Below are positions 1 to 11,123 of a stretch of 62,982 bases of DNA, piece after piece (within the stretch, counting starts at the first letter, position 1; every line of letters begins with the position of its first letter). The notes under the pieces were generated by a model. The model did no database searches, was not told the DNA's origin, and saw only the letters and a program-made list of their open reading frames with translations. Source of the stretch: Methanothrix sp. (GTDB lineage: Archaea > Halobacteriota > Methanosarcinia > Methanotrichales > Methanotrichaceae); NCBI GenBank assembly GCA_040770465.1, contig JAXGJB010000011.1:1-62982 (forward strand), read 5' to 3'. A program made the translations under genes and the position numbers.

Positions 1-590
1 AGGTCGCCGCTCGCCATATCGGCGATCTCCTCGATAATCTCCGGGGTGCATCCGGCCTTTTCGGCCCGGCATATGTCTCTCAGCGCCGAGACGACGGTGC
101 TCTTCCTGATGGACCTGAATTGAATTCCCAGGGTCGCCTCTCTCAGGGGCTTAGTCAGGCCGTAGTAGTCGTTTGCTATCAGGATCACCGGCTGGTCGGT
201 CTCCCGGACGAGCTTCAGCATCGCCGCAGAGCCGCCCCGGTCCGCCGAGCCGTAGAGGTTGTCCGCCTCGTCCAGGATGACGAGCCTCTTTTTGCCGGAG
301 AAGGTCATCATCCTCGAGGCCGCTCCCGCCACCTTCGCGATGGCGGCGGCGGTCCTGCTGTCGCTCGCGTTCATCTCGATCTGGTCCCAGCCCATCTCCT
401 CGGCCAGGGCTAGGGCCGCGGAGGTCTTCCCCACGCCAGCGGGGCCGTAGAGGACGACCGCCCTCTTCTCAGGCACCCCCCTCTCCCAGGACCGGGCCCA
501 GCCCTCCAGGTCCGAGACTGCCTTGCCGTTCCCAAGAACCCCCTTCAGGGCTTTGGGCCTGTACTTCTCCGTCCACTTGATCGCTGCCAT
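1..590 (-). CDS. rfcL: Replication factor C large subunit (5' part; runs off the window)
   Basis: Manual translation: MAAIKWTEKYRPK, Walker A LYGPAGVGKTS, IEMNASD and VILDEADNL RFC boxes; ATG at 590. Confidence 0.9.
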   Translation of the reverse strand, partial: MAAIKWTEKYRPKALKGVLGNGKAVSDLEGWARSWERGVPEKRAVVLYGPAGVGKTSAALALAEEMGWDQIEMNASDSRTAAAIAKVAGAASRMMTFSGKKRLVILDEADNLYGSADRGGSAAMLKLVRETDQPVILIANDYYGLTKPLREATLGIQFRSIRKSTVVSALRDICRAEKAGCTPEIIEEIADMASGD

Positions 591-1019
591 CTACCAGACG
601 CCCTCTCGCCCCGTCATCTCCTCGACCTCGATCTCCCAGATCACCATCGGCATCTTCTCCATATCCTCCCGCCGAAATGTCTTGCCGCCATGGCCTGCCA
701 TCTCCTCCCTGGTGAATATATCAAAGAGCTTCTCTTTCGCCTCCGCATCCGCTGAGAGGCGGACCCTCCCGGAGGCGATGACGCTCTTCCACCTCCCACC
801 CTCGGCATGGTCCACCTCGAAGGAGACCCTGGGGTTCTCCCTCGCCATCTCCAGCTTCTTTCCCCTCGGGCCGGAGTGGAGGAGGATCTTGCCCTCTGCG
901 TAGACGTAAGACATCGGCACGACGTAAGGCTCGTCCCCCGCCGAGAGGCCGACCCTCCCGAACCTGGAGCTTGCGAGCAGATCCTCGCACTCGGCAAAAG
1001 ACATCTCCCTCGGTTTCAT
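591..1019 (-). CDS. Pyridoxamine 5'-phosphate oxidase-like (NimA-type) flavin-binding protein
   Basis: GRVGL...PYVVPMSY...LHS..GKKLEM..ENPRVSFEVD...WKSVIASG pattern. Confidence 0.85.
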   Translation of the reverse strand: MKPREMSFAECEDLLASSRFGRVGLSAGDEPYVVPMSYVYAEGKILLHSGPRGKKLEMARENPRVSFEVDHAEGGRWKSVIASGRVRLSADAEAKEKLFDIFTREEMAGHGGKTFRREDMEKMPMVIWEIEVEEMTGREGVW

Positions 1020-1108
1020 GGTTTTTAGTCTCAGGGTCCGTGGCTATTAAATTCTTCTTCCCCTGCCTCGCCAAAGGTTTTTAGCCTCGGGCCGCCAAAC
1101 CTGCGGCG

Positions 1109-2593
1109 ATGTTCAAGAAGATTCTGATCGCCAACCGTGGGGAGATCGCCATCCGCATCATGAGAGCCTGCCGCGAGCTCGGCATCTCCACCGTCGCTGT
1201 GTACTCCGAGGCCGACAGAAATGCCCTCTTCGCCAAGTACGCCGACGAGGCGGTCTTCGTGGGCCCCTCGCCGGCTTCCCAGAGCTACCTCCGGATCGAC
1301 AAGATCCTGGATGCTGCGGAAGAGACCGGTGCCGAGGGGATCCACCCAGGTTACGGTTTCCTCTCTGAAAACCCCGTCTTCGCCCGGGCCTGCGAGGATA
1401 AGGGCATCGTCTTCATAGGACCCACCAGCCGATCCATCGAGAAGATGGGAAGCAAAATCGCCGCCCGAGACATCATGAAGAACGCGGGCGTTCCCATCGT
1501 CCCGGGAAGTGAGGGGGGGATCTCCTACCCCGAGGAGACGAGGGATGTTGTGGAGTCGATCGGCTACCCCGTGATGCTGAAGCCGGCAGCCGGAGGCGGC
1601 GGGATAGGGATGAAGATCGTGTGGGACGAAAAGGAGCTGGGCCCCGCCCTGAACTCGGCGAGATCGATCGCAAAATCCGCCTTCGGCGATGAGACCGTCT
1701 ACGTCGAGAAGTACCTCACAGATCCGAGGCACATCGAGTTTCAGATCCTGGCCGACTCCAGGGGGAAGACGATCTACGTCTCCGACCGGGAGTGCTCGAT
1801 CCAGAGGCGCCACCAGAAGCTGATCGAGGAGTCGCCCTCTCCGATAATGACCCCGGAGCTCCGGGAGGAGATGGGATCGATCGCCGTCCGGGCGGCGGAG
1901 GCGATCGACTACCGGAGCGCCGGAACTGTCGAGTTCATGTACTCCCGAGGCGACTACTACTTCCTGGAGATGAACACCAGGCTCCAGGTCGAGCATCCCA
2001 TCACCGAGATGGTGACGAGCGTCGACCTCGCAAAAGAGCAGATCCGGATCGCCGCCGACGAACCCCTCGCCTACTCTCAGGACGAGATCGAGATCCGGGG
2101 CTGGGCCATCGAGTGCAGGGTAAACGCCGAAGACCCCCTCAACGACTTCGCGCCGGCCCCCGGAAGGATCAAGAGGTACAGAAGCCCCGGAGGCCCCGGC
2201 ATAAGGGTCGACAGCGGCGTCTACGCCGGTTTTGTCATACCCCCATACTACGACTCCATGATATCCAAGGTGGTGGCCATGGGGAGGGACAGAAAGGAGG
2301 CTATCGCCCGGATGGAACGGGCCCTCTACGAGTACATCGTCACCGGGGTCCAGACGAACATCAACTTCCACCTGGCGGTCCTCCGCCACGAGAGGTTCAG
2401 GAGGGGCGACATCAACACCAACTTCCTCAAGGAAGAGGCGATAATGGAAGAGGTGAAGAAGGTCGCAGAGGCGGAGCGCGAGAAGGGGCTCTCCCTCGCC
2501 TCGGCCCTGGGCGCCGACACCCGGAAGGTGGCGGCGATATCCGCGGCCGTTGGAGCCTACATGTCCCAGCGTGAACCCGCCTCCGAGGAGTAG
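1109..2593 (+). CDS. pycA: Biotin carboxylase, pyruvate carboxylase subunit A
   Basis: MFKKILIANRGEIA, HPGYGFLSEN, RECSIQRRHQK, EMNTRLQVEH, YYDSMISK; adjacent to birA. Confidence 0.92.
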   Translation: MFKKILIANRGEIAIRIMRACRELGISTVAVYSEADRNALFAKYADEAVFVGPSPASQSYLRIDKILDAAEETGAEGIHPGYGFLSENPVFARACEDKGIVFIGPTSRSIEKMGSKIAARDIMKNAGVPIVPGSEGGISYPEETRDVVESIGYPVMLKPAAGGGGIGMKIVWDEKELGPALNSARSIAKSAFGDETVYVEKYLTDPRHIEFQILADSRGKTIYVSDRECSIQRRHQKLIEESPSPIMTPELREEMGSIAVRAAEAIDYRSAGTVEFMYSRGDYYFLEMNTRLQVEHPITEMVTSVDLAKEQIRIAADEPLAYSQDEIEIRGWAIECRVNAEDPLNDFAPAPGRIKRYRSPGGPGIRVDSGVYAGFVIPPYYDSMISKVVAMGRDRKEAIARMERALYEYIVTGVQTNINFHLAVLRHERFRRGDINTNFLKEEAIMEEVKKVAEAEREKGLSLASALGADTRKVAAISAAVGAYMSQREPASEE

Positions 2594-2601
2594 GTCGCCC
2601 C

Positions 2602-3588
2602 TTGAGGAGGAAGGAGATAAGGAAGGTCCTGATCGAGAGCCTCGGGGACTGGACCAGTGGCGAGACCCTGGCAGAATCCCTGGGGATCAGCCGGGCCGCC
2701 GTCTGGAAACAGGTCCAATCCCTCCGGGCGGAGGGGTACGATATAGAGGCCTCGAAGAGGGGCTACAGGCTCAGGTCGGTGCCCGACCTCCTCAGCGAAG
2801 ACCTGGTCAGGTCAGGCCTCGAAACGAAGTTTGTAGGAAGGACGATCCTCACCTTCCCCTCCGTCACCTCCACCAACGCCGAGGCGAAGAGGATAGCGCC
2901 CTCGGCCGAGGACGGGACGGTGGTAATCTCCGAGGTCCAGACCGCCGGGAGGGGAAGGATGGAGCGTCCCTGGCTCTCCCCTCGAGGCGGCCTCTGGATG
3001 AGCATCATCCTGAAGCCGAAGATCCCCCCGGCCCTCGCCTTCAGTGTGAACATCGCCGCTGCCGTCGCCGCCGCAAGAGCCCTTGAGGGGCTCTACGGCC
3101 TCAAGGTCAGGATCAAGTGGCCCAACGACCTCCTGGTGGGGGAGAGGAAGATCTGCGGGATTCTTACGGAGATCGGAGCCGAGATGGACCTTTTGGAATA
3201 CGCCGTGGTGGGCATCGGGATCAACGCCAACCTGGATCGCGACCTCCTCCCCCAGGAGTGGAGGGCCACCTCCATATCCGCGGAGCTTGGAAGAGATGTA
3301 TTCCGGGCAGAGCTAGCCGGAAGAGTCCTTGAAGAGGTGGAGAGGGCCTCGGAGGAGATGGCGGAGTCCTTCGACCGGCTCCGGAAAGAATGGTCTGTCC
3401 GCTCCGGGACGTTGGGGCGAAGGGTGAGGATTATAACAAGGAGCGGGGAGTTTGAAGGGGTCGCAGAGGCCCTGGAAGACGACGGGTCGCTTCTGGTGAG
3501 AAGAGACGATGGGGCCCCGGAGAGGGTCATCGCCGGGGACTGCGTCCACCTAAGAGCCGCCAGAGAGAGGACGGATGGTGGAGCGTGA
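2602..3588 (+). CDS. birA: Bifunctional biotin-protein ligase with N-terminal HTH
   Basis: SGETLAESLGISRAAVWK HTH, QTAGRGR, KWPNDL, KICGIL. Confidence 0.93.
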   Translation: MRRKEIRKVLIESLGDWTSGETLAESLGISRAAVWKQVQSLRAEGYDIEASKRGYRLRSVPDLLSEDLVRSGLETKFVGRTILTFPSVTSTNAEAKRIAPSAEDGTVVISEVQTAGRGRMERPWLSPRGGLWMSIILKPKIPPALAFSVNIAAAVAAARALEGLYGLKVRIKWPNDLLVGERKICGILTEIGAEMDLLEYAVVGIGINANLDRDLLPQEWRATSISAELGRDVFRAELAGRVLEEVERASEEMAESFDRLRKEWSVRSGTLGRRVRIITRSGEFEGVAEALEDDGSLLVRRDDGAPERVIAGDCVHLRAARERTDGGA

Positions 3589-3653
3589 CCTCTCGCTTGC
3601 GCTGGCGCAGGGTATTTGTAACTGGAGATTTTTGAGATGAGATGGGGTCATAG

Positions 3654-4070
3654 ATGAAGCGCAAGATAGAGGTGAGGGGGATCGCCAGGGACACGCTCTA
3701 CTTCATCCTCGAGGCCTCCCGATCGACCCTGCCCGTGGAGTTTGCGGGGCTTCTCCGGGCCGAGGACGGCGTCATCACCGAGGTGATCATGCTCCCCGGG
3801 ACCGAGTCGTCGAGCAAGAGCGCCCTCGTCCGGCTTTACATGCTCCCCAACATGAGGATCGTGGGATCGGTCCACAGTCACCCCTCCCCCAACACCCGAC
3901 CCTCTCAGGCGGACCTGATCTTCTTCTCCAAGACCGGCGACTACCACATAATAGCGGGCACCCCCTTCGACATAGAGAGCTGGACCTGCTACGACAGGAC
4001 GGGACGCAAAAGAAGCCTTCCCGTCCTGGACGTGGAGGTCGGGGAGGATGATGAGGACTGGTTTGATTAG
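3654..4070 (+). CDS. JAMM/MPN+ (Mov34) metalloprotease
   Basis: E...GSVHSHPSPNTRPSQADL JAMM motif. Confidence 0.9.
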   Translation: MKRKIEVRGIARDTLYFILEASRSTLPVEFAGLLRAEDGVITEVIMLPGTESSSKSALVRLYMLPNMRIVGSVHSHPSPNTRPSQADLIFFSKTGDYHIIAGTPFDIESWTCYDRTGRKRSLPVLDVEVGEDDEDWFD

Positions 4071-4512
4071 GGTTCTGGCGACGGGAACCTTCGACCTCCT
4101 CCATCCGGGACACCTCATGTACCTGGAGCAGTCGAGGGCCCTCGGCGACGAGCTGGTGGTGATCGTGGCGAGGGACGCCAACGTCAAGCACAAGCCGAAG
4201 CCGATCATCCCCCAGGATCAGAGGCTCCTCATGGTATCGGCTTTGAAGACGGTGGACAGGGCGGTCCTGGGAAGCGAATCGAACATGTTCTCGCCGATAG
4301 AGGAGCTGAAGCCGGACATCATCACCCTGGGGTACGACCAGCACTTCGACGTCGTCCTCCTCAAAGAGGAGCTGGCGACCCGGGGGATCGACGCTGCGGT
4401 GGTGAGGCTGGAGGAGCACGACCCCTGCCCCCTCTGCAGCTCAAGGATGATAGTCGCGAAGATACTCTCCGAACGCTGCTCGAAGGAGGGAGGGCACTCT
4501 CCTGAGGGCTGA
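4048..4512 (+). CDS. ribL: Archaeal FAD synthase
   Basis: ATGTFDLLHPGH nucleotidyltransferase motif, IVARD, KPDIITLGYDQ, C-terminal CPLCSS. Confidence 0.85.
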   Translation: MMRTGLIRVLATGTFDLLHPGHLMYLEQSRALGDELVVIVARDANVKHKPKPIIPQDQRLLMVSALKTVDRAVLGSESNMFSPIEELKPDIITLGYDQHFDVVLLKEELATRGIDAAVVRLEEHDPCPLCSSRMIVAKILSERCSKEGGHSPEG

Positions 4513-4609
4513 TCGGCCTTCCCATCGAGGTCGATCAGCGAAATGGAGGTGCCAGACCTTCTGCCAAAGCGCCAGTTACTTATACCGACCGTCCCTCTTT
4601 GCCGACAAT

Positions 4610-5077
4610 ATGGCCCCCAAAGTCGCAGTCGGCGGCACCTTCGACCCCATTCACGACGGCCATCTCGCTCTTTTGAGGAAGGCCTTTGAGGTGGCTGGAG
4701 ACGACGGCGAGGTGGTGATCGCCCTGACCTCAGACAGGATGGCCAAAAGTCAGCGAACCCGCTCGGTCCGAGACTTCGATGCCAGAGTCCGGAACCTCAG
4801 GGAAACCCTCAAGGAGAACCTGGGGGTGGATCGGTTCACGATCGAGATGCTTCACACCTTCCACGGGTCCGCCATCGAAGAGGATTACGACATCATCGTC
4901 GTCTCGCCGGAGACGGAGCCGATGGCCTGCAACATCAACGAGATCCGGAGGGAGAACAACCTTCCGCCCCTCAAGATCGTGAGGATCGACTACCAGATGG
5001 CCGAGGACGAGATCCGGATCTCATCCACCCGGATCTGCGGTGGCGAGATCGACTCTCACGGCAAGATGCTGGTCTAG
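4610..5077 (+). CDS. coaD: Archaeal phosphopantetheine adenylyltransferase
   Basis: VAVGGTFDPIHDGH, IVVSPET, RISSTRI. Confidence 0.9.
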   Translation: MAPKVAVGGTFDPIHDGHLALLRKAFEVAGDDGEVVIALTSDRMAKSQRTRSVRDFDARVRNLRETLKENLGVDRFTIEMLHTFHGSAIEEDYDIIVVSPETEPMACNINEIRRENNLPPLKIVRIDYQMAEDEIRISSTRICGGEIDSHGKMLV

Positions 5078-5190
5078 CAAGGAGATCCCGGCCAAACCAT
5101 CAGAAGTGTCGGACATCTGTCAGGCCGGCGACGACCGACGACCATCAGCGACCGTAATCCATATCAACTCACACAATAAAAGGGCAAAGC

Positions 5191-6657
5191 ATGAAGCTTC
5201 GCCTCTTCACTCTCTTCGCGCTCTTTTCGGTATCCATTGTGCCTGCCGTGGGGGAGAGGTATTCGGAGGACAATCCGCTATACCCTCTGGCCTGGTACAA
5301 CAAGGGCGTCGCTCTCTCGGAGCTGGGCAGATACGATGAAGCCATCAACTGCTATGACAACGCCATCGAGCTGGACCCAGAGTACTCTCTCGCCTGGAAC
5401 AACAAGGGGATCGCCAAGAGCGCTCTGGGAGAGCGCGAAGATGCCCTGGCCTGCTACAACCGTTCTCTGGAAATAGACCCCGATTATGCTCCGGCCTGGA
5501 ACAACAGGGGTGTCGTCCTGGAGGCTCTGGGCAGATCTGACGAGGCCCTGGCATCTTACGATAGGGCTCTCGAGATCGATCCCGGCTACGCTCTGGTCTG
5601 GAGCAACAAGGGAGGGATCTTCTACGACCGGGGAGACTACAACAGCTCCATCGACTGTTACGAGAAGGCCCTCGATATAGATCCAGAGATGAAAGAAGCA
5701 TGGAACAGCATGGGTCGATCCCTGTACGCCGCGGGCTCGTACGATCGGTCCATAGAATGTTACGAAGAGGCCCTGAAGCTCGATCCGAACTACGCTGCGG
5801 CCTGGAACAACAAGGGGATCGCCCTCGGCACCCTGGGACGCCACCAGGAGGCTCTAGACTGTTACGAGGAGACTCTGAAGATCGACCCAGCTCACGTAAT
5901 GGCCCTCTACAACAAGGGGATCGCCCTCGGAATTCTCGGGCGGCAGGAGGAGGCGATCGGAAGCTACGACGAGGTTCTGAGCCTCGATCCGAACAACTCT
6001 CAGGCCTGGTACAACCGGGGGGTGGCCCTGGGGCTTCTGGGCAGGTTCGAGGATGCGTTGGCCAGCTACGATGAAGCTATATCCATCGATCCCGGCTACG
6101 CCCCGGCCTGGAACAACAAAGGGATCGCTCTGGGAGCTCTGGGTCGGCAGGAGGAGGCGCTGGCATCTTACGAAGAGGCCCTGAAGCTCGATCCGGATTA
6201 CGCCTCGGCCTGGTACAACAAGGGTGTCGCCCAGAGCGCCCTCGGCCGCTACGAGGAGGCGGTCGACTGCTATACACGGGCGCTGGATATCGACCCGGAG
6301 ATGAAAGAGGCCTGGAACAACAAGGGGATCGCCCTCAGCGCCCTCGGGAGACACGAAGAGGCGATCGAGTGCTACGAGCGGGCGCTGGAAGCGGAGACCG
6401 GAGAGGCCGATGCAGGGAACGGAACTGAGCCGGACACCGGCGCTGTCGCGGGATCAAATTCCGGAAACGTCACGGCTTCGGACGACGACAATGTCGCAGA
6501 ATCCGGTCCCGGAAACGTTACGGCCTCAGACACCGGCGCCGTCGCAGAATCCAGTCCCGAAAACGTCACGGCTTCGGACGACGACAACGTCACGGGGTCC
6601 GGTCCAGGAAACGTAACGGAAGCCGATGCCGGGAACTTCGCATTATCCCACGCCTGA
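5191..6657 (+). CDS. Secreted TPR-repeat protein with acidic repeat tail
   Basis: Hydrophobic signal peptide; about 11 tandem 34-aa TPRs (AWNNKGIAL..LGR.EEA..CY..ALEIDP). Confidence 0.9.
   Translation: MKLRLFTLFALFSVSIVPAVGERYSEDNPLYPLAWYNKGVALSELGRYDEAINCYDNAIELDPEYSLAWNNKGIAKSALGEREDALACYNRSLEIDPDYAPAWNNRGVVLEALGRSDEALASYDRALEIDPGYALVWSNKGGIFYDRGDYNSSIDCYEKALDIDPEMKEAWNSMGRSLYAAGSYDRSIECYEEALKLDPNYAAAWNNKGIALGTLGRHQEALDCYEETLKIDPAHVMALYNKGIALGILGRQEEAIGSYDEVLSLDPNNSQAWYNRGVALGLLGRFEDALASYDEAISIDPGYAPAWNNKGIALGALGRQEEALASYEEALKLDPDYASAWYNKGVAQSALGRYEEAVDCYTRALDIDPEMKEAWNNKGIALSALGRHEEAIECYERALEAETGEADAGNGTEPDTGAVAGSNSGNVTASDDDNVAESGPGNVTASDTGAVAESSPENVTASDDDNVTGSGPGNVTEADAGNFALSHA
6415..6630 (+). 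repeat. 48-bp (16-aa) tandem repeat in the TPR protein tail
   Basis: GGAAACGT at 6463 and 6511; units GNVTASDDDNVAESGP / GNVTASDTGAVAESSP / ENVTASDDDNVTGSGP. Confidence 0.85.
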
Positions 6658-6758
6658 AACGTCATGAGGGAAGATCGCAAGAGGGACCCGGCAAGGTCCG
6701 GGTTCCCGAAACGAGACGGTGAAGGCCGAGGCCGTATAGGATCGGGCGCGAGAAGACG

Positions 6759-7274
6759 TCACTCGTCGTCGCCGCGGCTCACGTTCTTCAGCCTCTCGAC
6801 CCCTCCGATCTCCTCGATCACCGAGACGACTGAGAAGGGGACGAGCCGCTTCCAGATCTCGTCTCCGGCGAGCATCATCCTCCTTATCGCGGTTCCCGAG
6901 TAGACCTCTCTTCTGTACATCGGCGGCATCCTGACCACAACCCCGGCCTCGGAGAAGAGCTGGACCACCAGGGGGTTGTTGGAGTAGACGACGTCGAAGT
7001 TGGGGGTCATGGCCTTGACGTGAGATACCCAGACGGCGTTTCTGGCCATATCCTCCAGGGGTATGACGTAACAGGTCGCGTCAAGGCTGCGGAGGGCGGG
7101 CCAGATCATGCTGATCCTCTCCCCGGCGGTGAAGGGGTTTTCGAGGGTGTGGCTCGCCTGGGCGGACCCGAGGCCCACCACGATCTCGTCCACCTCCTCG
7201 ACGATCTTCTGGAGGACGGCCTGGTGGCCCAGGTGGTAGGGCTGGAACCGTCCTATGTAAAGGCCTCTTTTCAT
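6759..7274 (-). CDS. nadM: Nicotinamide-nucleotide adenylyltransferase
   Basis: [34 protein letters not shown]. Confidence 0.93.
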   Translation of the reverse strand: MKRGLYIGRFQPYHLGHQAVLQKIVEEVDEIVVGLGSAQASHTLENPFTAGERISMIWPALRSLDATCYVIPLEDMARNAVWVSHVKAMTPNFDVVYSNNPLVVQLFSEAGVVVRMPPMYRREVYSGTAIRRMMLAGDEIWKRLVPFSVVSVIEEIGGVERLKNVSRGDDE

Positions 7275-7288
7275 AGACGTTCTTCCGA

Positions 7289-9015
<1,727 letters not shown>

Positions 9016-9185
9016 GACGATCCATTGGCCCTTCTGTCTTTAAGTCGTTGTCCAGATAAACGGCTGAAGATCCGCCAGCCCGTCCGCTAATTTTCTCGCA
9101 TCCCCCCGCGGGCCGGGGCCTGGGGTCTGATGGAAAAGTTCAACAGGGAGAAAGGTTTATGGCCCTCTCCGGGAGATGTTGTAAC

Positions 9186-9362
9186 ATGGCAGATTGTGAA
9201 CTTTGTGGACTTGCTAAGCCAACCCTGGTTGCGGTGAGAGTTCAGGTGCACACCCTCGCAAACCCCGAAGGCGCTTACAAGGGGCTTTGTCAGGACTGTC
9301 TCGCGTCCTGCGAGGCGGCTTACCAGCAGTACTTCGGCGAGAAGACGGAAGAGAAGAAGTAA
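9186..9362 (+). CDS. Short FpoO-like Cys-rich protein
   Basis: MADCELCG..PTLVAVRV...NPEGAYKGLCQDCL resembles the N-terminal half of Methanosarcina FpoO; 58 aa from ATG 9186. Confidence 0.7.
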   Translation: MADCELCGLAKPTLVAVRVQVHTLANPEGAYKGLCQDCLASCEAAYQQYFGEKTEEKK

Positions 9363-9440
9363 GGCTCGATCGCGCATTTCTCTTTTTTGGCAGTCGATCT
9401 TCGATCCGGCGGCGCCGCAGGCCGGGGGCATGAGGACCTG

Positions 9441-9794
9441 ATGCAGAAGGAGGAGAAGGTCGTGGTGGTTCTGCTATTGATGGCCCTGGGATCACTCTTA
9501 GTCGCCTCCTGGGCCCTGGAGGACTTCGACGCCCCCGCCGAGCCCGGCGAGGTTCCGATCTCGATAGTCGCCGAGGGGCAGGTCAGCTCGATCGCGACCA
9601 CGACCGGCGGCCACCTGATCATCCGGCTCCAGTCCTCCGCGATGCCGATATTTGTAAAGAGCGAGAGCGGCGCCGTTGATGTGGCGATGAGGGTCTCCAA
9701 GGGCGATCGAGTTAGGGTGAGGGGCGAGGTCTCCGAGTACGAGGGACTCAGGGAGCTTGTGGTCCGGAGGGCCGAGGACGTGGAGGTCCTGTGA
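9441..9794 (+). CDS. Membrane-anchored OB-fold protein
   Basis: N-terminal hydrophobic helix; GDRVRVRGEVSEYEGLRELVV OB-fold strands. Confidence 0.7.
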   Translation: MQKEEKVVVVLLLMALGSLLVASWALEDFDAPAEPGEVPISIVAEGQVSSIATTTGGHLIIRLQSSAMPIFVKSESGAVDVAMRVSKGDRVRVRGEVSEYEGLRELVVRRAEDVEVL

Positions 9795-9922
9795 GGGGGA
9801 CGGGCCCGGTACCGGTAAAGACTTTAGCAGACTGACGTAATAGCAGACTGGCGCGATATCTGGTATCTGGTCGGCGAAGCCTTTCTTGGATGAGGGATGG
9901 ATAAGGAGGACGGGAAGGGAGG

Positions 9923-10489
9923 ATGGATATGGTGGAAGTTCTTCAGCTGGACGGAAAGACCCTCTACGCCGAGGACGAAGATTGGATGGTCGATCTGGGG
10001 GATGGCGCCCCCGCGGGGCTGGGGATCGTATTCGAGGCCGTTGACCTCTCGGGTACCGAGGGGTTCGGGGATGAGGAGTACTCGATCGTCGTCGAGGCGG
10101 CGATCGTCCCCCGCCCCGAGGACCTGGACGAGGAGGTCGTCCTGGAGGTCTCCGAGGAGGAGAGCCCGAGCCGCAGCGCCCTGGCGTTCGACGTATACCG
10201 CCATTATGGCGGCGTTCCCGTCAACATCGACGCCCTCCAGCCCGCCAGGGCCTCCTGCGGCGCCTCGGCCTTCGTCGCCGACCAGGTCGTCCGGCCGGAG
10301 AAGACCGCCGCAGGTCAGATGATCGAGGTCCGTCACTTCAAGACCGTCGAGGACGCCCTCGCGTTCACCCGGGAGTTTTACATATTCATGTCTCCCATCG
10401 TCTTCGAGTTTCTCGACTTTCTCCTCGACCAGCCCCTCGGCCGGGGGACGGGTTGGGACATGATCAGAAGATTATCGAAAGGCGAGTAA
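9923..10489 (+). CDS. Acidic hypothetical protein
   Basis: Host-like codon usage and upstream GGAGG; no recognisable motif. Confidence 0.65.
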   Translation: MDMVEVLQLDGKTLYAEDEDWMVDLGDGAPAGLGIVFEAVDLSGTEGFGDEEYSIVVEAAIVPRPEDLDEEVVLEVSEEESPSRSALAFDVYRHYGGVPVNIDALQPARASCGASAFVADQVVRPEKTAAGQMIEVRHFKTVEDALAFTREFYIFMSPIVFEFLDFLLDQPLGRGTGWDMIRRLSKGE

Positions 10490-10514
10490 TCGGGACCTTG
10501 CCCAGGGATCCAAG

Positions 10515-11084
10515 ATGAATGGAATAGTGAACGGGATAGACGTCCAGCGGCTTCAAAGGACGATAGATGAGGTGGGGAAAGAGCCTGAAAAGGGGAGGTT
10601 CACCATCCGGACCAGGACGGAGTGGAGTGGATGCTGCCGCTGTCGGACCTTCATCGAAAGGGGTAGTGGGGCAGATGATACGAAAAAGCCGATGAAGTTC
10701 GTCATCGAGTCCGACGAGCCGCCAGCCCTTATGGGACAGGACCTTGCTCCCAACGCCGTGGAGTTCGTCTTACACGCCCTAGCCTCGTGCATCGAGGTGG
10801 GTTTTGTTCTCAGGGCGGCCATGCTGGGAATCGAGATCGAGGCCATGGAGCTATTTCTGGAAGGAGATATAGATCTGAACAACTTTTTCGGTCTCTCCGA
10901 AGATCCGAGGCCTGGGCTTCAGAACGTATCTGTGAGGTGCGCCGTTTCTGCCGCTGCCCCACATCGGGAGATCGAAGCCCTTTGCCGGGAGGTCGTCAAA
11001 CGGTCTGCGGTGATGGACATAGTCCAAAACCCTGTGCCAGTATCGGTGGAGATGATCGGGCGACGAGAAGGTGCCCGCCTTTAG
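10515..11084 (+). CDS. OsmC family protein
   Basis: SDEPPALMGQDLAPNAVEFVLHALASC, EGDIDL, RSAVMD. Confidence 0.85.
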   Translation: MNGIVNGIDVQRLQRTIDEVGKEPEKGRFTIRTRTEWSGCCRCRTFIERGSGADDTKKPMKFVIESDEPPALMGQDLAPNAVEFVLHALASCIEVGFVLRAAMLGIEIEAMELFLEGDIDLNNFFGLSEDPRPGLQNVSVRCAVSAAAPHREIEALCREVVKRSAVMDIVQNPVPVSVEMIGRREGARL

Positions 11085-11123
11085 GTGTCGGGAACCTCGA
11101 ACCTCTTGATCAAAGGGTCGGGG

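Noticed and set aside
1031-2389. 452-aa antisense ORF over pycA, and similar long shadow ORFs (39922-41196, 58122-59210, 37603-38547)
   Set aside because: Antisense or alternate-frame shadows of well-supported genes, expected at high GC3; no motifs.
2591-2604. Pyrrolysine read-through fusing pycA and birA at TAG
   Set aside because: The genes are in different frames and both are full length.
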